A stretch of 64,000 bases of DNA from the NCBI GenBank assembly GCA_964408935.1, contig CAYPBF010000001.1, forward strand, positions 21,703 to 85,702. The letters run 5' to 3'. The DNA is from an uncultured Dehalococcoidales bacterium. Lineage in GTDB: Bacteria; Chloroflexota; Dehalococcoidia; Dehalococcoidales; BS750m-G39. The notes beneath the pieces were generated by a model. That model was given only the letters and a program-made list of their open reading frames with translations. It did not search any database and was not told the DNA's origin. Of the stretch, positions 54,786 to 63,159 are shown piece by piece; position 1 is the first letter of the stretch; each line of letters starts with the position of its first letter. A program made the position numbers and the translations under genes.

Positions 54786-55760
54786 CTACCCCGGCGGAAA
54801 CAGCCAAAAAGGCATCTGCTGTTTCAACTCCTCCAGTGTCCACCGACCGCCAGACTTGAGCAGCGTCTTTTCCATATCGGGCTCTGAGTAAAGGTTAATC
54901 ATGGGGCCGCCCACGTTAAAGACACGGCCCGTGATATTGACCGCATCATCGGTACAGAGGTAGTTCATCAGTGGAGCTATGTCATCGGGGCTGGGTGTCA
55001 TCTCCAGGGCAAAGCTGAGCTTGCGGTCCATCCAGGGGCTTTCCGCCTCGCTCACGGCTTCGTCGTAGGCCGAAAGCTCATAGGCAGCGCGCGTCTTGGC
55101 GAAGGGGGCGAAGGCGTTGCAGGTGATACCGTATGAGGCCAGCTCTTTAGCTACCGCCAAGGTCAGACCCACCACCCCCGCGTTGGCGGCACAGTACTCG
55201 GCGTGCTTGAGAACGTCGCCCACAAAGGCCCGTGAGGTGCAGTTCAGTATACGTCCCCACTTCTGCTCCATCATATAGGGGACGGCGTGGCGAATACAGT
55301 TAAAATAGCCCTTGGGCTTGGTGAGAGTGACCTTATCCCAGAGCTCCTCAGTCATATCCCAGATGTTGCTAAAGCCGAAGGTGCCGGCAACGTTGGCCAG
55401 GATATCAATCTTACCGAAGCTATCGACGGCCGTTTGTATCAGCTTTTTGGCCGTCTCGAAATCGGAGTTGTCACCGAAGAAGGGCACCGCTTCACCGCCT
55501 GCTTTCTTTATCGTCTCGGCGGTAGTCTCGGCATCACCGCTCGCCTCTTCCAGCTGTTTTGACAGGCGCTCCTTCTGTTCGGCGCTCATCGACTTAAGAA
55601 TCTTTTTATTCATATGAGCGTAACCGGTTGAGCCGCGGCGGCGGTTGTTGGTCACCACCTTAGCCCCCTCTTCCGCCATACCGATAGCGATAGACCGTCC
55701 GATTCCCTGCCCCGAGCCGGTTACCACGGCTACCTTGCCTTTTAATGCATCACCCATAGA
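54786..55760 (-). CDS. SDR-family oxidoreductase with inserted segment and atypical YxxxN active-site motif
   Basis: Track ORF to 55844. ATG 55760 is preceded by GGAAGGAGAG. TGSGQGIGRSIA; an insertion of about 40 aa after beta2, as in MFE-2-type dehydrogenases; active-site region reads YCAANAG instead of YxxxK. Confidence 0.8.
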   Translation of the reverse strand, partial: SMGDALKGKVAVVTGSGQGIGRSIAIGMAEEGAKVVTNNRRRGSTGYAHMNKKILKSMSAEQKERLSKQLEEASGDAETTAETIKKAGGEAVPFFGDNSDFETAKKLIQTAVDSFGKIDILANVAGTFGFSNIWDMTEELWDKVTLTKPKGYFNCIRHAVPYMMEQKWGRILNCTSRAFVGDVLKHAEYCAANAGVVGLTLAVAKELASYGITCNAFAPFAKTRAAYELSAYDEAVSEAESPWMDRKLSFALEMTPSPDDIAPLMNYLCTDDAVNITGRVFNVGGPMINLYSEPDMEKTLLKSGGRWTLEELKQQMPFWLFPPG

Positions 55761-55812
55761 TAACTCTCCTTCCGTGCTGGAACTTGAAATTACGTGGAGT
55801 ATTGCGTGTATA

Positions 55813-56790
55813 TTAAACTTTGTGGCAGGCAACCTTGTGGCCACCGCCGACGTCGCGGAGTGGTGGCGTTTCTTTTCCGCACTCCGGCATGGTTTCGTCG
55901 CAGCGCGTGTGGAATCGGCAGCCCGCGGGGGGATTTATGGGCGAAGGCATCTCTCCGCTCAAGATTATCTTCCCCATTCCCTTTTCCTCATCCTCAGGCA
56001 GGGTCAACATCGAGGCTGATATTAGCGCCTTGGTGTAGGGGTGCAGGGGATTAGTAAACAGCGTCTCGGCCTCACCGTATTCGACTATTTGCCCCAGATA
56101 CATTATGGCCACGGCATGGCTCATATAGCGCACCGTGGCCAGGTTGTGGGCAATAACCAGATAGCTCAGATTGTGTTGCTCCTGAAGGTCTTTGAGCAGA
56201 TTCATAATCTGGGCCCTAATCGAAACGTCCAGGGCCGATACGGGCTCGTCGAGCACGACCAGGCTGGGATTCAGAGCCATTGCCCGCGCCACCGCGATAC
56301 GCTGTCGCTGGCCTCCGCTGAACTCATGCGGGTAATTCTCGGCATTATCAGGGTCGAGCCCCACCTCCTCCATCAGTTCCACGACCCGGTCTCGAAGCTG
56401 CTGCTTGGTCTGCTTGGTATTCACCACCAGCGGCTCAGCAACAACGTCTCCTACTTTCATTCTAGGGTCCATAGAGCTCCAGGGGTTCTGCTGCACCGAG
56501 CCCAACCGGGGACGATACTCGGTCTTAAGCCGATGAGGGGAAAAATGGCTGAGGTCCTCCCCTTCGAAGAGAATAGTCCCCGAGGTCGGTTTTTCCTGGA
56601 GCAACACCTGTTTAGCGGTAGTCGTCTTGCCCGCCCCCGATTCACCGACCAAGCTCAAGGTCTTGCCCCGTTCTATGGTGAAGGAAATGCCATCCACCGC
56701 CCTCACCCAGCCAACAGTTCGCTGGAGAAATCCTTTTTTAACAGGGTAGTGCTTGGTCAGGTCACGTCCTTCTAATAAAACATCGGCCAT
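55813..56790 (-). CDS. peptide-type ABC transporter ATP-binding protein (OppF/DppF-like)
   Basis: 325 aa. GESGAGKT, FSGGQRQR, LVVLDEPVSALD, HPYT and CRFHTRC tail. Confidence 0.9.
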   Translation of the reverse strand: MADVLLEGRDLTKHYPVKKGFLQRTVGWVRAVDGISFTIERGKTLSLVGESGAGKTTTAKQVLLQEKPTSGTILFEGEDLSHFSPHRLKTEYRPRLGSVQQNPWSSMDPRMKVGDVVAEPLVVNTKQTKQQLRDRVVELMEEVGLDPDNAENYPHEFSGGQRQRIAVARAMALNPSLVVLDEPVSALDVSIRAQIMNLLKDLQEQHNLSYLVIAHNLATVRYMSHAVAIMYLGQIVEYGEAETLFTNPLHPYTKALISASMLTLPEDEEKGMGKIILSGEMPSPINPPAGCRFHTRCDETMPECGKETPPLRDVGGGHKVACHKV

Positions 56791-56794
56791 AAAA

Positions 56795-57763
56795 CTATTC
56801 TACCTTCCAACAGGACACGAAGTGCCCTTTGCTGATTTCCACCTCAGCGGGCTCCTGCTTCCGGCAAGCATCTTCAGCGATAGGGCAGCGCTTGTAGAAG
56901 CGACAGCCAGGGAGCAAGTTTCTCAGCGAGGGAGGCTGCCCTTTGATTGAATACAGCCGTTCGCCTTTCTGGTCCAGGCGAGGTACGGATTGCATCAGAG
57001 CGCTAGTGTAAGGGTGTTTGGGGTTTTTGAATATTTCCCGCGTTGATGCCGTCTCCAGTATTTTGCCGGCGTACATCACGGCTACTCGATGGCACATGTT
57101 GGCCACTACACCAAAGTCATGGGTAATGAAGATTATGGACACATTGGTCTTCTTCTGAACGTCCTTGAAAAGGGCTATATACTGAGCCTGTATGGTGGCG
57201 TCGAGGGCGGTGGTGGGCTCATCAGCGATGAGCAAGCGCGGGTGACAGGACATGGCAATAGCCCCCACTACCCGCTGCCTCATCCCGCCACTCAGCTGAA
57301 AAGGATAATCCCCTAAAATCACCTCGGGTGATGGAATCTTGAGCAGCTTCAGCGCCGAAATAACCTCTTCAGTAACCTTCTCATCGCGCAGCCCCTGGTG
57401 CAGCTTCACCGCTTCGGATATCTGGTCACCGATAGTATAGACTGGATTAAGCGATGTCATCGGGTCCTGGAGAATCATGGAAATCTCGCTGCCGCGGTAG
57501 CGCCTCATTTCCTTCTTATCCAGCTCGAGGAGATTGGTGCCGTCCAAGACAATCTTGCCGCTCACGATTTGGCCCGCTGGCTCGGGAAGCAGACGCAGAA
57601 TGGAAAGCCCGGTTACCGTCTTACCGCAACCTGATTCACCGACGATACCAAAGGTCTCCCCCTCATCCACGTGGAAGCTTATACCGTCAACGGCTTTGAC
57701 CACGCCCTTGCGGGTGAAGAAAAAGGTACGCAGGTCCTCGACCTGCAGGAGAACCTTGCTCAT
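56795..57763 (-). CDS. peptide-type ABC transporter ATP-binding protein (OppD/DppD-like)
   Basis: 322 aa. GESGCGKT, LSGGMRQR, LLIADEPTTALD. Confidence 0.9.
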   Translation of the reverse strand: MSKVLLQVEDLRTFFFTRKGVVKAVDGISFHVDEGETFGIVGESGCGKTVTGLSILRLLPEPAGQIVSGKIVLDGTNLLELDKKEMRRYRGSEISMILQDPMTSLNPVYTIGDQISEAVKLHQGLRDEKVTEEVISALKLLKIPSPEVILGDYPFQLSGGMRQRVVGAIAMSCHPRLLIADEPTTALDATIQAQYIALFKDVQKKTNVSIIFITHDFGVVANMCHRVAVMYAGKILETASTREIFKNPKHPYTSALMQSVPRLDQKGERLYSIKGQPPSLRNLLPGCRFYKRCPIAEDACRKQEPAEVEISKGHFVSCWKVE

Positions 57764-58650
57764 ATCTGCCTCAGCCTCGGGTCCAGCTTATCGCGAAGCC
57801 AGTCACCCAGGAAGTTGCCCGCCAGCACCACCAGCCCGATAGCCGCCCCAGGGAAGAAGGATATCCACCAGGCACTATCGATAAGATTTCTACCGTCGTT
57901 GACCATGTTTCCCCATGATGGAGTCGGCGGTGGAATACCAGCGCCGAGGTAGCTCAAAACAGCCTCCGTCAGAATCACCATGCCCACCGACAGTGTTACC
58001 ATAATTATCAGTGGATTGATAATGTTGGGGAAAATGTGCTTGACCATAATTCTCATCGGAGAGGCGCCGATGATGCGAGCCTGGGTGACGAAGTCCGCCT
58101 CTCGCAACCTCAAGGCCTCCCCACGTATCAAGCGTGCGTAGGGAGCCCAGCCGAGCAATGATATCGCCAGCACCACGGTCCAATAATTTTGCCCAAGGAT
58201 AGTAGCCATTAGTATGGCTATTAGCAACGGCGGAAAGGACAGGCTTATATCGGTTATTCGCATTAAAAAGGCGTCGGTACGCCCTCCCAGATAGCCAGAC
58301 ACTATCCCCAGCACCGTGCCGATACTAGCGGTAATGAAAATAACCAATGTTGCGACGCTGAGAGAAATCCGGGCGCCGTAGATAATACGGCAAAGGACAT
58401 CCCGCCCAATCAGGTCTGTTCCCAAGATGTGAGTGGTGCTACCCCCCTCCATAAAAAATGGCGGCATAAGCCTGTCCTGCAATACCCCCACTTCAGGATC
58501 ATAGGGCGTGAGCAAAGGAGCGAATATGGCTAGAATCACCGCCACAAATAACACTACCACCGGTATAATGAAGGTTAGCTGGAAGAAAATCCGCTTTGGC
58601 CGGGCCCGACGGGCCAGCTTATCAAAATCTACTGTTCTTGTAGTATCCAT
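57760..58650 (-). CDS. peptide-type ABC transporter permease (DppC/OppC-like)
   Basis: 296 aa. EAA-like loop ARIIGASPMRIMVKHIFPN. ATGA overlap with the ATPase gene. Confidence 0.9.
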   Translation of the reverse strand: MDTTRTVDFDKLARRARPKRIFFQLTFIIPVVVLFVAVILAIFAPLLTPYDPEVGVLQDRLMPPFFMEGGSTTHILGTDLIGRDVLCRIIYGARISLSVATLVIFITASIGTVLGIVSGYLGGRTDAFLMRITDISLSFPPLLIAILMATILGQNYWTVVLAISLLGWAPYARLIRGEALRLREADFVTQARIIGASPMRIMVKHIFPNIINPLIIMVTLSVGMVILTEAVLSYLGAGIPPPTPSWGNMVNDGRNLIDSAWWISFFPGAAIGLVVLAGNFLGDWLRDKLDPRLRQI

Positions 58651-58663
58651 CTCTTTAATGTCT

Positions 58664-59587
58664 CTACATCATCTGGTATCGTATCTGCGGGTCAATATAG
58701 GCGTACAGGATATCCACCAATAAGTTTACAAAGAGAACCGTAGCGGCTACCAAAAGGGTAATACCTTGCACCAGCGGGAAGTCACGGGCAAACAATGATT
58801 CGATGAACAACCTCCCAATGCCGGGCCAGGCGAAAACCTGCTCGGTAACTACAGCACCAGTAATCAACATGGCGAATATCATCCCCGCCGCCGTAAGTGG
58901 CGCTATCAGAGCGTTTCTCAAGGCATGCTTCCAGATAATTATCCGCTCTGGCAACCCCTTGATTCTGGCCAGCTTGATGTACTCGCTGTCAAGCACGTCC
59001 AGCATGCTGGAACGAACCAGGCGCATCATGCCCGGCAGCAAGAAAAAGGCCATGGTGGCCACTGGTAGCACATAGTGCATGAAGCCACCCATGCCCGAGG
59101 GCGGGAATATCTGCCAATAGACGGAAAATACTAGGATGGCCATGATAGCCAACCAGAAGCCCGGCAGCGCCTGCCCCAAGATAGCGATGAACTTCACCCC
59201 GTTATCCCAAAAGGTATCGCGTCTAGTGGCGCCTAAAATTCCTAGAAAGAGCGCCAGCAGCATGCTTACAAAGAAGGAGATAGCAGCTAACGACAGGGTA
59301 TTGGGCAACCTCTCCAGAATCATTTCGGTTACCGGTCGCTCTTTGAAGAGGGATTCACCAAGGTCGCCCTGGGCCAAGTCGGTTATGAAAATCCAGTACT
59401 GCTCTGGTATCGATTTGTCCAGGCCTAGCTCTGTTTTGATACGGGCTATGTCTTCTTCTGTAGACTGGCTGGATCTGAACAGTACCGTGGGGTCTCCCGA
59501 GGCTCGAACCAGAACGAATATTAATATCGAGATACCGATGAGGGCTAAAAATGCCTGGAGCAGTCGAATTATGATGAAACGCGTCAT
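58664..59587 (-). CDS. peptide-type ABC transporter permease (DppB/OppB-like)
   Basis: 307 aa. MTRFIIIRLLQAFLALIG N-terminus. ARIKGLPERIIIWKHALRNA loop. Confidence 0.9.
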   Translation of the reverse strand: MTRFIIIRLLQAFLALIGISILIFVLVRASGDPTVLFRSSQSTEEDIARIKTELGLDKSIPEQYWIFITDLAQGDLGESLFKERPVTEMILERLPNTLSLAAISFFVSMLLALFLGILGATRRDTFWDNGVKFIAILGQALPGFWLAIMAILVFSVYWQIFPPSGMGGFMHYVLPVATMAFFLLPGMMRLVRSSMLDVLDSEYIKLARIKGLPERIIIWKHALRNALIAPLTAAGMIFAMLITGAVVTEQVFAWPGIGRLFIESLFARDFPLVQGITLLVAATVLFVNLLVDILYAYIDPQIRYQMM

Positions 59588-59816
59588 CCGCTATTTCCTT
59601 TAATGTTTAGAATTGCAGTGATTAGCCCCCATTGGTATTTCAGCATATCTTATGCTTTCACATTATCAGATTATTTAACATTATATTATTTTTGCTGTCG
59701 AATTGCCAAACAGATCTCCGGGCAAGCAGCTAACTTCTTCAGATACCTTCAGCTAATAGTTGTAGCTGCCCCCGGGTGGTTACCAGTGTAGTTTTCGTAA
59801 TTTTTAGTGCACCAAG

Positions 59817-59854
59817 AGGTTCCAGGGGGTGTATGACCATCCCCTGGAACCTCA
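59817..59854 (-). other. 13-bp perfect intercistronic stem-loop between the SBP and permease genes
   Basis: GAGGTTCCAGGGG-(12 nt)-CCCCTGGAACCTC, 34 nt after the SBP stop. No T-tract on the transcribed strand. Confidence 0.6.
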
Positions 59855-59887
59855 TTGCTTAACATTGTAGAGTCGTTTCCCTACTTC

Positions 59888-61453
59888 TTACTTATGCTCA
59901 ATGCCCGCGAAAGAATCCCACATGCTGAGCCAGGTACCATAGCCGAAGTCGCCGACCTCAGGTCCCAGGACCAACGCGTCGTATACCAAAACGACACCAA
60001 AGTTTATGAATAGTTCATCATGGCAATAGTCCTGGAATTCCGTCCAGTACTGCTCGGCTAAATCGGGGTCAAGCTCCCTGATCGCCTTGGTAAAGAGCTC
60101 CAGCGCATGTGCGTCGTTCGAGGTGCTGTGGGCGCCACCCGGGCAGTACATGTTACCCGAGTGATACACATTGCTAGGATAGAAATTGCCCCAAGGCCCC
60201 CACGGGAAAACGGCGCCTACATTAGGCGCATCCGGCTCGGTATTGGGGACAAAGAACATGCCAGACCATTCGTTGGCATCGCGCATCTGTATCTCGGTCT
60301 GTATGCCGGCCGCCGTCCAGTAGCCCTGAAGTATCTGCACTAAGTCAGGCCCCCAGCCGGTGCCCGTTTGGACGTATATAGTGATTTCTGGGTCATCAAA
60401 GGCGTCCGGATAACCAGCGTCCGCCAGCAGCGATGCGGCCAGGGCCGGGTCGTATGGTTCGGGCTCCCAATCATCACCCCAACCCCAGGAACCAGGGTAC
60501 ATGAAGAACCGGCCTCCCGGTTCAGCCCTACCATGGAAATAGGTATCGCAGATTTCCTCGTAGTCGATGGAATAGGCCATGGCCTGGCGGACTCTTTTGT
60601 CACCCGTTGGCCCGTCGGTCACCCAGGTGCCAGGAAAACACATAACAAAGCTGGTTGAAACCTCAGCTGGTTCCAATTCCCAACCCTCATCTTCCAACTC
60701 GACGAGCCGGTCATGGGAAACACCAGCAATGATATCAACCTCATCTCGTCTGAGCATGGCAATCCGAGTTGACTCCTCGGGGACAACGTATTCGATAAGC
60801 TTCTCCCAATCGGGCACCGTGCGCCAGTGTTCCGTATTGGCTTCCCATTCACAATAGTTACCCGACTCGAACTCGACGAACTTCCAGGGCCCTGAGCCTA
60901 TCGGAGCTTCGCGAAAGGCGTCCTGCCCTACTGACTCAAAATAGTTCTTGGGCAAAACCCGCGTGGCAGCGAAACTCATTACAAGCGTCGGCTCGGGCTC
61001 CACGGTCTTAAAGACATAGGTGTAGTCATCCGGGCAATAGTGGCTATCGAAGGCGTTGCGTATGCCAGCCGACCATGGATTCCACGACATGGGGTCCATC
61101 ATGTGCTCCACCGAGAACATGATATCAGCCGAGGTAAGCGGGTCGCCGTTGTGGAAGACCACATCGTCCCGGATGTCGAAGGTCCAGGTCAGGCCATCCT
61201 CGCTTATCGTCCAGTCCTTAGCCAGTGCCCCAACGAAGTCCCCATCCTTGTCCCAGGTCACTATCGGGTCATACATCATCCAGCCGAAAAAGGACTCGCC
61301 CTGGATGGGGTCAAAAACTTCGAAAGCAAAGGTGGTCTCGCCGATGCGCAGGACGCTGCCGGCTTCTGGCCCCTCTTCGCCACAACTAGTGACACTGAAG
61401 CACATCCCGGCTATCAGGATAATCACTAAAGGAATAAACAAAAGTTTCTTCAT
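59888..61453 (-). CDS. ABC transporter substrate-binding lipoprotein, family 5
   Basis: 521 aa. Signal peptide MKKLLFIPLVIILIAGMCFSVTSC. Family-5 pattern LAKDWTISEDGLTWTFDIRDDVVFHNGDPLTSAD. Confidence 0.9.
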   Translation of the reverse strand: MKKLLFIPLVIILIAGMCFSVTSCGEEGPEAGSVLRIGETTFAFEVFDPIQGESFFGWMMYDPIVTWDKDGDFVGALAKDWTISEDGLTWTFDIRDDVVFHNGDPLTSADIMFSVEHMMDPMSWNPWSAGIRNAFDSHYCPDDYTYVFKTVEPEPTLVMSFAATRVLPKNYFESVGQDAFREAPIGSGPWKFVEFESGNYCEWEANTEHWRTVPDWEKLIEYVVPEESTRIAMLRRDEVDIIAGVSHDRLVELEDEGWELEPAEVSTSFVMCFPGTWVTDGPTGDKRVRQAMAYSIDYEEICDTYFHGRAEPGGRFFMYPGSWGWGDDWEPEPYDPALAASLLADAGYPDAFDDPEITIYVQTGTGWGPDLVQILQGYWTAAGIQTEIQMRDANEWSGMFFVPNTEPDAPNVGAVFPWGPWGNFYPSNVYHSGNMYCPGGAHSTSNDAHALELFTKAIRELDPDLAEQYWTEFQDYCHDELFINFGVVLVYDALVLGPEVGDFGYGTWLSMWDSFAGIEHK

Positions 61454-61631
61454 GGGTAAAATTTCACCTCCTTATGGATTGTCCAACCAGAGAATATTCT
61501 CGTCCACTACGTCATATTTGCCTCCTTTCCCTAAATATAAGCGCTTTCTTTAATAGCCCGATTCTTAGCCGTAAAGATTCGGGAAGGGCTTCAATTTCTA
61601 TTTGAGGGCATTGCTTTTAAGCTTAAGCCCA

Positions 61632-61659
61632 ATTATACTCTCATTCTCTAGCTTGTCAA
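61632..61659 (-). promoter_or_regulatory. consensus promoter (TTGACA-16 nt-TATAAT) of the ABC/SDR/cupin operon
   Basis: Minus strand: TTGACA (61659-61654), 16-nt spacer, TATAAT (61637-61632). The -35 lies inside the proximal copy of a 12-nt direct repeat. Confidence 0.55.
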
Positions 61660-61680
61660 TAGTTGAGATTGTCAATAGTT
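61653..61680 (-). repeat. tandem direct repeat AACTATTGACAA x2 (4-nt spacer), candidate operator / duplicated -35
   Basis: Plus strand: TTGTCAATAGTT at 61653-61664 and 61669-61680, separated by GAGA. Confidence 0.8.
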
Positions 61681-61774
61681 AGGAACATAATCAGAGCTCA
61701 GGCTTAGATGAGAGCCGATACTATCAAGGCATCCGGTGCGACAAGTCCTGGGACTCTGAACACTGATATTTATT

Positions 61775-63106
61775 TTAATAAGTACCATATTCCTTGGCCG
61801 CTTCCATTACAGCATGTAGATTTTCCGGGTTCCCCTTATCCACGGCTGCCCCTCCGGTTAAGATATAACCGCCGCCTGGGGCACAGGTCTCGATGAGCCT
61901 ACGGCAGTGCTCTTTGACCTCCTGTGGTGTACCAGTGCAAAGCACCGTGACCGGTATATTGCCGGCAATACAGGCGGTATCGCCAAGGACCTTCTTGGCT
62001 TTGGCCATATCCATATGTTCGAACCACCATATCGCCCCACTCTTGGGCATATCCTTGATAATCTCCAGCCGCGGTTCATAGTTACCCTCGGCAAATGGCA
62101 TCGGTACCAGACCTTCGTTAATCAAGCCCACCATAATCTCTTTGAAGGTGGGCCAGTAGAAGGTCTTAAACTGCTCGTTGGACATGAAGCCGCCCGTCCC
62201 TTTATGGAGGGGCATTACAATTATCGGGCATCCCGAAGCATTGGCGCCGGCTACGGCCTCGTCAATTGCTATCGGTACCATCCTTTCCATCGTTTCCTTA
62301 ATCTTTTCCGGCCGTCGGAACATATCCATCATTACCCCCGCCGTCCCTCTCAGCATATCACCTATCATGTCGAAGGGCGCCCCGGACATACCACCCCAGA
62401 AAGCGGGGAAACCCATTTCCAACGACTCCCGGCTGACATCATTGACAGCTTCCATCCACTTCATGATTTCGACTCCGGCATCCATCAGTGTCTTGAAAGC
62501 CGCTTGGATTTCCGGGTCGCCGAAGTAGGCTACATAGAAGATCGGTATGCCCGCAAAAGCCGTTAGTTGAGGCAACTTCTCAAAAGCCTTGCAGGCACCC
62601 ATGGCACGAGGCATGAAGGTTCTAAGCCAGAAATCAGAAGGGTCTTTAATGAGCTTATCGTATTCATCTGCTTTTATATACTCGCCTTCGATGAACTGGT
62701 AAGTCTCGACATCGTCAGCTAGACCGTGCCCCGGCCATTTCATCAACTTAAAGTCAATCATCTCCATTGCTCTACCCGGAAGGACAAGGCCGGGACCGAG
62801 AAGCGTGTCCGAATCAAACTCCCGGAGAAACTCCAGCCACGCCCGGCGGAGTTCGTCATAATCATACATAACCGTCTTGAGATTCACCCCGGCGAGATAA
62901 GCCGGAATATTCGACGACGGCAGTATGACCGGCACGCGGTCAGGTTCCTCAAGTTTGATGGCTTTAATGAAGCGGGTTACCCGTTCCTTATAAAGCTTCT
63001 CCGCCTGGGGGGTCTTGAATTTAACATCGGGCGAAAGCCACCGCTTAAAGCGTTCTTCCCGTTTTTCCCGCCAGGATAATTCCGACCAATTCTTGACGCC
63101 ATCCAT
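61775..63106 (-). CDS. uroporphyrinogen-decarboxylase (URO-D) superfamily protein, MtaA/CmuA-like
   Basis: 443 aa. C-terminal half shows the URO-D/methyltransferase-like barrel pattern (PIIVMPLHKGTGGFMSNEQFKTFYWPTFKEIM, GGYILTGGAAVD). Function not assignable. Confidence 0.65.
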   Translation of the reverse strand: MDGVKNWSELSWREKREERFKRWLSPDVKFKTPQAEKLYKERVTRFIKAIKLEEPDRVPVILPSSNIPAYLAGVNLKTVMYDYDELRRAWLEFLREFDSDTLLGPGLVLPGRAMEMIDFKLMKWPGHGLADDVETYQFIEGEYIKADEYDKLIKDPSDFWLRTFMPRAMGACKAFEKLPQLTAFAGIPIFYVAYFGDPEIQAAFKTLMDAGVEIMKWMEAVNDVSRESLEMGFPAFWGGMSGAPFDMIGDMLRGTAGVMMDMFRRPEKIKETMERMVPIAIDEAVAGANASGCPIIVMPLHKGTGGFMSNEQFKTFYWPTFKEIMVGLINEGLVPMPFAEGNYEPRLEIIKDMPKSGAIWWFEHMDMAKAKKVLGDTACIAGNIPVTVLCTGTPQEVKEHCRRLIETCAPGGGYILTGGAAVDKGNPENLHAVMEAAKEYGTY

Positions 63107-63159
63107 ATTTAAAGCCTCCGCTGGTGTTCCTACATTATTTATAAGCAGCCTGTTATCGG

